From Paracoccus suum (GTDB lineage Bacteria > Pseudomonadota > Alphaproteobacteria > Rhodobacterales > Rhodobacteraceae): a stretch of 32,000 nt of DNA. Both the position numbers and the translations under genes were made by a program. The DNA is taken from the NCBI RefSeq assembly GCF_003324675.1, contig NZ_CP030918.1, positions 390,001 through 422,000 of the forward strand, written 5' to 3'. Below, piece after piece: positions 25,340-32,000 of the stretch; within the stretch, counting starts at the first letter, position 1; the number at the start of each line of letters is the position of its first letter. The notes beneath the pieces were generated by a model, which ran no database searches, was not told the DNA's origin, and saw only the letters and a program-made list of their open reading frames with translations.

Positions 25340-25368
25340 TTGTATTTGCATACAAGAGGTATGCAAAT
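25340..25368. promoter_or_regulatory. Two interleaved inverted repeats in the divergent promoter of the reductase and aldehyde dehydrogenase genes
   Basis: TTGTAT-TTGC-ATACAA (25340-25355) overlaps ATTTGCATA-CAAGAGG-TATGCAAAT (25344-25368). AT-rich island in an 89-bp intergenic region. Confidence 0.45.
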
Positions 25369-25408
25369 TCGAGCAAGCCGGCCAGTCGCCGACACCCGAG
25401 GAACCATC

Positions 25409-26929
25409 ATGAGCAGCTTTACCCCCCACGGCCAGCACATCATCGCCTGCCAGAAGGTACCGGGCGCGCGCAGCTTTGCCTCCAGTCCGGCAACCGGTCC
25501 CGCGCATGACTATGCCGTCGGCACGCCTGAGTTGGTTGCCGAGGCCTGCGCCGCGGCGGAGGACGCCTTTGCAGCCTACGCCGCGACGACGCGCGAGCAG
25601 CGCGCGGTCTTTCTCGAGGCCATTGCCGACGCCATCGAGGCGCGCGCCGACCAGATCACCGAGATCGGCACCCAGGAAACAGGCCTGCCTACCGCCCGGC
25701 TGGAGGGCGAGCGCGGCCGGACCACCGGCCAGCTGCGCCTCTTTGCCGATCATTTGCGCGACGGCGCCTATCTGGACCGCCGGGTCGATCCGGCCTTGCC
25801 CGACCGCCAGCCCGCGCCGCGGCCAGAGATCCGCATGATGCAGCGGCCCATCGGGCCGGTCGCGGTTTTCGGGGCCTCGAATTTTCCGCTGGCCTTCAGC
25901 GTCGCCGGTGGGGACACCGCCGCCGCCCTTGCGGCCGGCTGCCCCGTCGTCGTGAAGGGTCATTCCGCCCATCCCGGCACCGGCGAGATCGTCGCCGACG
26001 CCATTGCCGAGGCCGCGATGCGCTGCGGCATGCCGGCCGGCGTCTTCTCGCTGATCCAGGGCGGCGACCGCGCGGTCGGACAGGCGCTCGTGACCGATCC
26101 GCGCATCAAGGCGGTCGGCTTTACCGGCAGCCTCGCAGGCGGGCGCGCATTGTTCGACCTCTGCGCGCAGCGCCCCGAGCCAATCCCGTTCTTTGGCGAG
26201 CTAGGCAGCGTCAACCCGATGTTCGTACTGCCCGCCGCCGCCGCGGCGCGCGGGCAGGCGGTCGCGCAGGGCTGGGCCGGATCGCTGACTTTGGGCGCGG
26301 GGCAGTTCTGCACCAACCCCGGCATCGCCATCGTCCAGGACGGCCCTGGCGCCGATACCTTCATCGAGGCAGCGCGCACCGCGCTGGCTGCAGTCGCGCC
26401 GCAGGTGATGCTGACCGATGGCATCGCCGCCGCCTATCGCGAGGGGCAGGCGCGCCTCGATTCCCGCAACGCGGTCCGGCCGGTGCACGTCACCCGGTCC
26501 GAGGGCCGCAGCGCAGCGCCCAACCTTTACGAGGTTCGCGGCGCAGACTGGCTGCAGGACCACGACCTTGGCGACGAAGTTTTCGGCCCGCTCGGCCTCG
26601 TCGTGCGCGCCGCCGACAGCGCCGAGATGCTGGCGCTGGCTCAGGGCTTTGACGGCCAGCTCACCGCTACGCTGCAAATGGACGACGCCGACCTGCCCAT
26701 CGCGCGCGAGCTGCTGCCGATCCTCGAGCGCAAGGCCGGCCGGATTCTTGTCAACGGCTTTCCCACGGGGGTCGAGGTCGTGGATTCGATGGTCCATGGG
26801 GGCCCCTACCCGGCCTCGACCAACTTCGGCGCAACCAGCGTCGGCACGCTGTCGATCCGCCGCTTTCTGCGCCCGGTCGCCTACCAGAACCTGCCCCGGG
26901 CACTGATGCCCGACGACCTGCAATACTGA
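25409..26929 (+). CDS. hypH: NADP+-dependent aldehyde dehydrogenase, probable alpha-ketoglutarate semialdehyde dehydrogenase
   Basis: VVVKGHSAHPGT...FFGELGSVNPMFVLP...GAGQFCTNPG (catalytic Cys) are features of the KGSADH-type ALDH subfamily. ATG 25409 with GAGGAA upstream. Confidence 0.87.
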   Translation: MSSFTPHGQHIIACQKVPGARSFASSPATGPAHDYAVGTPELVAEACAAAEDAFAAYAATTREQRAVFLEAIADAIEARADQITEIGTQETGLPTARLEGERGRTTGQLRLFADHLRDGAYLDRRVDPALPDRQPAPRPEIRMMQRPIGPVAVFGASNFPLAFSVAGGDTAAALAAGCPVVVKGHSAHPGTGEIVADAIAEAAMRCGMPAGVFSLIQGGDRAVGQALVTDPRIKAVGFTGSLAGGRALFDLCAQRPEPIPFFGELGSVNPMFVLPAAAAARGQAVAQGWAGSLTLGAGQFCTNPGIAIVQDGPGADTFIEAARTALAAVAPQVMLTDGIAAAYREGQARLDSRNAVRPVHVTRSEGRSAAPNLYEVRGADWLQDHDLGDEVFGPLGLVVRAADSAEMLALAQGFDGQLTATLQMDDADLPIARELLPILERKAGRILVNGFPTGVEVVDSMVHGGPYPASTNFGATSVGTLSIRRFLRPVAYQNLPRALMPDDLQY

Positions 26930-26950
26930 CGAAAAAATCCAGACCGGAGG

Positions 26951-26981
26951 GTCGGGCAGCCACAAAAATTTGTTGCCCGAC
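26951..26981 (+). terminator. Stem-loop between the aldehyde dehydrogenase and the ABC operon (weak terminator or processing/attenuation site)
   Basis: GTCGGGCA (26951-26958) pairs with TGCCCGAC (26974-26981). Inner ACAAA/TTTGT pairing extends the stem. Followed by TCACTTTG, a poor U tract. Confidence 0.35.
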
Positions 26982-27048
26982 TCACTTTGCCGACACATAG
27001 TCGACAAGAATTCAGAACAGCCTTCGACACATGGGAGAGTAAGACGTC

Positions 27049-27861
27049 ATGAAAGCCTTCATTGCCGCCGCTGCCACCGCCGCAGGGCTTGCCGCTGCCT
27101 TCGCCCCCGCGGCGCAAGCCGACCAGCTTGACGACATCATCGCCTCGGGCACGCTGCGCTGCGCGGTGGTGCTGGATTTCCCGCCGATGGGCGCGCGGGA
27201 CGAGCAGAACAACCCGGTCGGCTTTGACGTCGACTACTGCAACGACCTCGCCGCCGCCCTTGGCGTCAAGGCCGAGATCGTCGAGACGCCCTTCCCCGAC
27301 CGCATCCCTGCGCTCGTCTCGGGCCGCGCCGATATCGGCGTCGCCTCGACCTCGGATACGCTCGAGCGGGCAAAGACCGTCGGCTTCTCGATCCCCTATT
27401 TCGCCTTCAAGAACGTCGTGCTGACCCGTGAGGATGCGGGCATCGCCGATTTCAACGCGCTGAACGGCAAGACCGTCGGCTCGGTCGCCGGCACCTACGA
27501 GGCGATCGCGCTGGAAAACGACGTCAAGAAATGGGGCGCCGGCAGCTTCCGCCCTTACCAGACGCAGGCCGACGTGTTCCTTGCACTGTCGCAGGGCCAG
27601 ATCGACGCCACCGTCGTGACCTCGACCGTCGCCGCGGCGACCGTCAAGTCGGGCAAGTTCCCGGGCCTGACCATCAAGGGCGATGCGCCCTACAACATCG
27701 ACTATGTCGCGCTGATCGCGCTGCGCAACGAATACGGGCTGCTGAATTACCTCGATCTGTTCGTCAACCAGCAGGTCCGCACCGGCCGGTACCAGGAGCT
27801 GTTTGAAAAGCATGTCGGCGGCGAGGCGCCCGACCTGACCATCGCCAAGGTCTACCGCTAA
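27049..27861 (+). CDS. hypM: Amino-acid ABC transporter periplasmic substrate-binding protein (family 3), probable hydroxyproline binding protein
   Basis: Signal peptide MKAFIAAAATAAGLAAAFAPAAQA. GTLRCAVVLDFPPMG...GFDVDYCNDLA...RIPALVSGRADIGVAS is a polar amino-acid SBP pattern. Confidence 0.87.
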   Translation: MKAFIAAAATAAGLAAAFAPAAQADQLDDIIASGTLRCAVVLDFPPMGARDEQNNPVGFDVDYCNDLAAALGVKAEIVETPFPDRIPALVSGRADIGVASTSDTLERAKTVGFSIPYFAFKNVVLTREDAGIADFNALNGKTVGSVAGTYEAIALENDVKKWGAGSFRPYQTQADVFLALSQGQIDATVVTSTVAAATVKSGKFPGLTIKGDAPYNIDYVALIALRNEYGLLNYLDLFVNQQVRTGRYQELFEKHVGGEAPDLTIAKVYR

Positions 27862-27868
27862 GGCGCGC

Positions 27869-27892
27869 GGCGCGCGGGACAGCCCGCGCGCC
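27869..27892 (+). other. Perfect 10-bp GC stem-loop immediately after the SBP gene (intra-operon RNA structure)
   Basis: GGCGCGCGGG-ACAG-CCCGCGCGCC. Starts 8 nt after the SBP stop and ends 25 nt before the permease ATG. No U tract. Confidence 0.55.
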
Positions 27893-27916
27893 CGGCAATT
27901 CCATCGGGGGGGACCG

Positions 27917-28582
27917 ATGTTCAACTATACCTTCCAGTGGCGGCAGGCGTTTCGCGCCCTGCCGCAGATGCTGGACGGCGCGCTGGTGACGCTACAGATC
28001 GCTGTGCTGTCGATGCTGATCGGCGGCGCCTTTGCGATCCTGCTGGCGGTGGCGCGCAATTCGCAATCGCGCTGGCTGCGCGCGCCGGCGACCGCCTGGG
28101 TCGAGGTCGCCCGCAACACACCCGCGCTGTTCCAGATCTACATGGCGCATTTCGGCCTGGGCTCGTTCGGCATTCACCTGTCGCCCTACACCTCGCTGCT
28201 CGCGGGGATCGCCTTCAACAACGCCGGCTACCTGGCCGAGACCTTCCGCGGCGCGCTGCGCGCCATTCCCGCGACCCAGACGCGGGCCGCGCGCTCGCTC
28301 GGCATGGGCGCGGCGCAGGCGTTCCGGCTGATCGTAGCGCCGCAGATGCTGCGCATCGCCTTTCTGCCGACCACCAACCAGATGGTCTGGGCGATCCTGA
28401 TGACGTCGTTGGGGGTCACCGTGGGCATGAACACCGACCTTGCGGGCGTCACGCAAGACCTGAACTCGCGCAGCTTCCGGACCTTTGAATTCTTCGCCCT
28501 GGCGGCCGTGATCTACTACGCGCTGGCCAAGATCCTGACCGTCGGCGCGCGGCTGCTCGCCTGGCGCATGTTCCGGTACTGA
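27917..28582 (+). CDS. hypN: Amino-acid ABC transporter permease (His/Glu/Gln/Arg/opine family)
   Basis: ARNTPALFQIYMAHFGL...NNAGYLAETFRGALRAIPATQTRAARSLGM is the EAA-loop signature of polar amino-acid permeases. Confidence 0.9.
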   Translation: MFNYTFQWRQAFRALPQMLDGALVTLQIAVLSMLIGGAFAILLAVARNSQSRWLRAPATAWVEVARNTPALFQIYMAHFGLGSFGIHLSPYTSLLAGIAFNNAGYLAETFRGALRAIPATQTRAARSLGMGAAQAFRLIVAPQMLRIAFLPTTNQMVWAILMTSLGVTVGMNTDLAGVTQDLNSRSFRTFEFFALAAVIYYALAKILTVGARLLAWRMFRY

Positions 28583-28593
28583 GGGGGCTGACC

Positions 28594-29247
28594 ATGTTTG
28601 ACACCAGCCTCACCGCTTCCGACCTGCTGTTCCTGGCAAGGGGCGCCGGGATGACGCTGTGGATCACAGCCATTGCGGTGCTGTTCGGCACCCTTCTGGG
28701 CCTCATGTTCGGCGTCGTGCGCAGCGTGCTGAACCCGGTCCTCGCCCTGCCGCTGACCTTCGTGCTGGACGTGTTCCGATCGGTCCCGCTGCTCATCCAG
28801 CTGATCCTGGCCAATGCCTTTCAGGCCATCGCGCGCCTCGGCATCAGCCCCTTCACGGTCAGCTGCATCGTCCTTGCCCTCTATACCTCAGCGTATTGCA
28901 CCGAGATCGTGCGCGGCGCGATTTCTGCCGTGCCGCAGACGACGCGCCGGGCGGCCCGCTCGCTGGGGCTGACCTGGGGCCAGGACATGACGCAGATCGT
29001 CTTTCCCATGGCGCTGCGCGTGGGGCTGCCCAGCTGGATCGGCCTCGTCCTCGGCGTGATGAAGGACAGCGCGCTGGTCCTGTGGCTGGGCATCATCGAA
29101 CTGCTGCGCTCCAGCCAGATCCTGGTCACCCGCCTGCAAGAGCCGATGACGATCCTGCTGCTGACCGGGGCGATCTACTTTTTGCTCAGCTTTCCCATCG
29201 CCCGCCTGGGCGGTCGCCTTGAACGACGGTGGCGTGAAAATGATTGA
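28594..29247 (+). CDS. hypP: Amino-acid ABC transporter permease (second subunit)
   Basis: FRSVPLLIQLIL...YTSAYCTEIVRGAISAVPQTTRRAARSLGL is the EAA loop. Starts 11 nt after the previous gene. Confidence 0.9.
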   Translation: MFDTSLTASDLLFLARGAGMTLWITAIAVLFGTLLGLMFGVVRSVLNPVLALPLTFVLDVFRSVPLLIQLILANAFQAIARLGISPFTVSCIVLALYTSAYCTEIVRGAISAVPQTTRRAARSLGLTWGQDMTQIVFPMALRVGLPSWIGLVLGVMKDSALVLWLGIIELLRSSQILVTRLQEPMTILLLTGAIYFLLSFPIARLGGRLERRWREND

Positions 29248-29962
29248 GATTCAGAATGTCCGAAAATCCTTTGGCGCGCTTGAGGTCCTCAAGGGGATCG
29301 ACCTGACCGTGCAGCGCGGCGAGGTGGTGTCGGTGATCGGTGGCTCGGGGTCGGGCAAGTCCACCCTGCTCACCTGCATCAACGGGCTGGAGCCGATCGA
29401 TTCCGGCCGCATCGCCATCGACGGGACCGAGGTTCATGCCAAGGGAACCGACCTCAACAAGCTGCGGCGTAAGGTCGGGATCGTGTTCCAGCAATGGAAC
29501 GCCTTTCCGCACCTGACGGTGATGGAAAACGTCACCCTCGCCCCGCGCAAGGTGTTGGGGCTGGCGCGGGCCGAGGCAGAGGCGATCGCCGAGCGGCAGC
29601 TGGCCCATGTCGGCCTTGGCGACAAGCTGAAGGTCTATCCCGGCCGACTGTCGGGCGGCCAGCAGCAGCGCATGGCCATTGCCCGGGCACTGGCGATGTC
29701 GCCCGACTACATGCTGTTCGACGAGGTAACATCGGCCCTCGACCCGCAACTTGTGGGTGAGGTGCTCGATACTCTCCGTCTGCTCGCGCACGAAGGCATG
29801 ACCATGATCTGCGTCACGCACGAGATGAAATTCGCACGCGAGGTCTCGGACCGCGTCGCGTTCTTCCATCAGGGGGTGATGGCCGAGATCGCGCCCCCCG
29901 GCCAGCTGTTCGACGCGCCACAATCGCCCGAACTGCGCAAGTTCCTTGCCGCAACCCACTGA
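29240..29962 (+). CDS. hypQ: Amino-acid ABC transporter ATP-binding protein
   Basis: Walker A GGSGSGKST, signature LSGGQQQRMAIARAL, Walker B MLFDEVTSALD. ATG 29240 overlaps the permease stop by 8 nt. Confidence 0.95.
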   Translation: MIEIQNVRKSFGALEVLKGIDLTVQRGEVVSVIGGSGSGKSTLLTCINGLEPIDSGRIAIDGTEVHAKGTDLNKLRRKVGIVFQQWNAFPHLTVMENVTLAPRKVLGLARAEAEAIAERQLAHVGLGDKLKVYPGRLSGGQQQRMAIARALAMSPDYMLFDEVTSALDPQLVGEVLDTLRLLAHEGMTMICVTHEMKFAREVSDRVAFFHQGVMAEIAPPGQLFDAPQSPELRKFLAATH

Positions 29963-29963
29963 C

Positions 29964-31229
29964 ATGATCGGCGCGGCGGGCGGCCATGCCGCGGATGTCA
30001 TAGTCATCGGTGCCGGGGTGGTCGGCCTGTCGGCCGCGTTGGCGCTGACGGCGCGCGGCCGGCAGGTCACGGTGCTGGATCGCGCGGGCCCCGCGGCCGG
30101 CGCCTCGGCGGGGAATGCCGGCGCCTTTGCCTTTACCGATATCCTGCCCTTGGCCTCGCCCGGCATCTTTCGCAAGGCGCCGGCCTGGCTGCTCGATCCA
30201 CTCGGCCCGCTCAGCGTGCCGCCGCGCTATGCGCTGCGCGTCGCGCCATGGATGATCCGCTTTGCCCGCGCGTGCGCCCCCAGCCGGGTCGCCGCCTCGA
30301 CCACCGCGCAGACCGCACTGATGGACCTGTCCCGGGCCGAGTTGGAGGGGTTTCTGGCCGCCACCGGCACCAGCGCCATGCTGCGCCGCGACGGCAACCT
30401 GCAGGTCTATGAATCCAAGGCAGAGTTTCAGGCGAGCCTGCCGGGCTGGGATGCGCGCGCCGCGCATGGCATCGCGTTCCAGCACCTCGACCCCGCCGGC
30501 ATGGCCGCGATCCAGCCCGGCCTGGCACCCCGGTTCCTGCGCGGAACCTTCACCCCCGGCTGGTTCTCCATAGCCGATCCACGGCTTTACACGCTCGCCC
30601 TCGCTGACCGCCTCATCGCCATGGGCGGCAGGATCGAACAGGCAGAGGTCACCGCCCTCCGCCCTCTCGATAGCGGCGTCCGCGTGGCGACCTCCGCCGG
30701 CATCCGCCGCGCTGCGAACGTCGTCCTCGCCGCCGGCGCCCATTCGCACCGCATCGCCCGCACCTTGGGCGAGCGCATCCCGCTTGAGACCGAGCGCGGC
30801 TACAACACCACCCTGCCCCCCGGCGCCTTCGACCTGCGCACCCAGGTCACCTTTGGCGGTCACGGGTTTGTCGTCACGCGCCTGTCGACCGGCATCCGCG
30901 TCGGCGGCGCGGTCGAGCTTGGTGGACTGACCGCCCCGCCGAACTTTCGCCGCGCGCGGGCGATGCTGGACAAGGCACGCGCGTTCCTGCCGGGCCTTGA
31001 TCCATCGGGCGGCACGGAATGGATGGGCTTTCGCCCCTCGCTGCCGGATAGCCTGCCCGCCATCGGCCCAGCGCGCGCTACATCGCGCGTGGTGTTCGCC
31101 TTCGGCCACGGGCATCTTGGCCTGACGCAATCGCCCGGCACGGCGCGGCTGGTCGCCGACCTGGTGACCGGACGGCCAGCCGCGCTGGATCTGTCCCCCT
31201 TCTCGCCCCAAAGATTTTCGAGGTTCTGA
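29964..31229 (+). CDS. hypO: FAD-dependent oxidoreductase (DAO family), probable D-hydroxyproline/D-proline dehydrogenase
   Basis: DVIVIGAGVVGLSAALAL Rossmann GxGxxG motif, and a C-terminal ...FGHGHLGLTQSPGTARLVADLV typical of D-amino-acid dehydrogenases. ATG 29964 lies 1 nt after the ATPase stop. Confidence 0.85.
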   Translation: MIGAAGGHAADVIVIGAGVVGLSAALALTARGRQVTVLDRAGPAAGASAGNAGAFAFTDILPLASPGIFRKAPAWLLDPLGPLSVPPRYALRVAPWMIRFARACAPSRVAASTTAQTALMDLSRAELEGFLAATGTSAMLRRDGNLQVYESKAEFQASLPGWDARAAHGIAFQHLDPAGMAAIQPGLAPRFLRGTFTPGWFSIADPRLYTLALADRLIAMGGRIEQAEVTALRPLDSGVRVATSAGIRRAANVVLAAGAHSHRIARTLGERIPLETERGYNTTLPPGAFDLRTQVTFGGHGFVVTRLSTGIRVGGAVELGGLTAPPNFRRARAMLDKARAFLPGLDPSGGTEWMGFRPSLPDSLPAIGPARATSRVVFAFGHGHLGLTQSPGTARLVADLVTGRPAALDLSPFSPQRFSRF

Positions 31230-32000
31230 TGGCCGTTCACATGTTTTCCTGCCTCGACGGGCACACCTGCGGCAACCCGGTCCGGCTGGTCTCGGGCGGC
31301 GGCCCACGCCTCAATGGTGCCACCATGCTGGAGCGCCGGGCCGACTTCCTCGCCAACCACGACTGGGTCCGCACCGGCCTGATGTTCGAGCCGCGGGGCC
31401 ATGACATGATGTCCGGCTCGATCCTTTATCCGCCGACGCGCGAGGATTGCGACGTGGGCGTGCTGTTCATCGAGACCTCGGGCTGCCTGCCGATGTGCGG
31501 CCACGGGTTGATCGGCACCATTACCATGGGCATCGAGAACGGCCTCATCACCCCGCGCGCACCGGGTCGCCTCGCGGTCGACGCCCCCGCCGGCCGGGTC
31601 GAGGTCGCCTACGTCGAGGAGGGTCGTTTCATCGAGGAAGTGCGGCTGACCAACGTCGCCAGCTATCTCCATGCCGAGGGTCTGACCGCCGAGGTCGAGG
31701 GCCTGGGCGAGATCGCGGTCGACGTCGCCTATGGCGGAAACTTCTACGCCATCGTCGAGCCGCAGGCCAATTTCCGCGACATGGCCGACCACAGCGCGGG
31801 CCAGTTGATCGAATGGGCCCGCCGCCTGAGGGCGGCGCTGAACGCGAAATACGAGTTCGTGCATCCCGACCATCCGGCAATCCGCGGCCTGTCGCATATC
31901 CAGTGGACCGGCGCACCGACGCAGGCCGGCGCCCATGCGCGGAACGCAGTGTTCTATGGCGACAAGGCCATCGACCGCTCGCCCTGCGGAACCGGCACCT
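31229..32000 (+). CDS. hypRE: Proline racemase family enzyme with a Cys/Cys catalytic pair, probable 4-hydroxyproline 2-epimerase (3' partial, runs off the right edge)
   Basis: Manual translation gives MAVHMFSCLDGHTCGNPVRLVSGGGP...FEPRGHDMMSG...SGCLPMCGHGLIG...VDVAYGGNFYAIV...AIDRSPCGTGT. The start ATG overlaps the upstream TGA (TGATG). Not in the ORF track because no stop falls within the window. Confidence 0.88.
   Translation, partial: MAVHMFSCLDGHTCGNPVRLVSGGGPRLNGATMLERRADFLANHDWVRTGLMFEPRGHDMMSGSILYPPTREDCDVGVLFIETSGCLPMCGHGLIGTITMGIENGLITPRAPGRLAVDAPAGRVEVAYVEEGRFIEEVRLTNVASYLHAEGLTAEVEGLGEIAVDVAYGGNFYAIVEPQANFRDMADHSAGQLIEWARRLRAALNAKYEFVHPDHPAIRGLSHIQWTGAPTQAGAHARNAVFYGDKAIDRSPCGTGT

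Noticed and set aside
23232-25412. 346-aa minus-strand and 386-aa plus-strand ORFs overlapping the deaminase and reductase genes
   Set aside because: They are antisense to well-supported DapA-family and Ldh_2-family frames.
29186-31936. 329-aa, 497-aa and 358-aa minus-strand ORFs across the ATPase, D-Hyp dehydrogenase and epimerase genes
   Set aside because: They are antisense shadows. The plus-strand genes show Walker motifs, a GxGxxG FAD fold and racemase catalytic motifs.
1-32000. Mobile element, prophage, defence island or CRISPR content
   Set aside because: I found no direct or inverted terminal repeats, no repeat-spacer periodicity, no integrase, transposase or recombinase-like ORFs, and no tRNA attachment site. 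Composition is uniformly GC-rich apart from short intergenic patches.

Overview
GC-rich, gene-dense chromosomal window that looks alphaproteobacterial (Rhodobacterales/Rhizobiales-like gene content and synteny; this is a guess, not a search result). I support about 31 protein genes. I saw no rRNA, tRNA, CRISPR array, IS element, transposase, integrase or phage block. Left to right: 5' part of glnE (minus strand, runs off the left edge and is missed by the ORF track), bpt, ilvI-ilvH, a small unknown gene downstream of an M48 lipoprotein peptidase, an acidic 81-aa unknown, and a tightly packed nitroreductase / NTF2-like / EI24(CysZ-like) string. These are followed by DUF1467, an orphan response regulator, a GNAT acetyltransferase, a DUF1800-DUF1501 pair, aspS and cfa. 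A long minus-strand run follows: NCS2 purine permease, aminopeptidase P, FAD-linked D-2-hydroxyacid oxidase, GH25 muramidase lipoprotein, CPBP protease. From 22.3 kb to the right edge lies a complete hydroxyproline/D-proline catabolic locus. Its order matches the Sinorhizobium meliloti hyp cluster as I recall it: GntR regulator, Pyr4H2C deaminase, Ldh-family Pyr2C reductase, KGSA dehydrogenase, 4-gene amino-acid ABC importer, D-Hyp dehydrogenase, and a 4-Hyp 2-epimerase that is missed by the track because it runs off the right edge. Most long ORFs in the track that lie antisense to these genes are GC-driven shadow ORFs. I do not see a convincing undescribed multi-gene system (defence, toxin or mobile) here, and the window reads as core genome. 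The items most worth a second look are regulatory or small-scale. They are an exact CtrA box in the divergent promoter of the orphan response regulator, TTGT-N8-ACAA palindromes in the hyp promoters, and a terminator-like structure 20 nt upstream of ilvI with no classic leader peptide. Also notable are the uncharacterised C-terminal domain of the response regulator, the DUF1800/DUF1501 module, and an overlapping GH25-CPBP pair whose CPBP has a variant catalytic motif.
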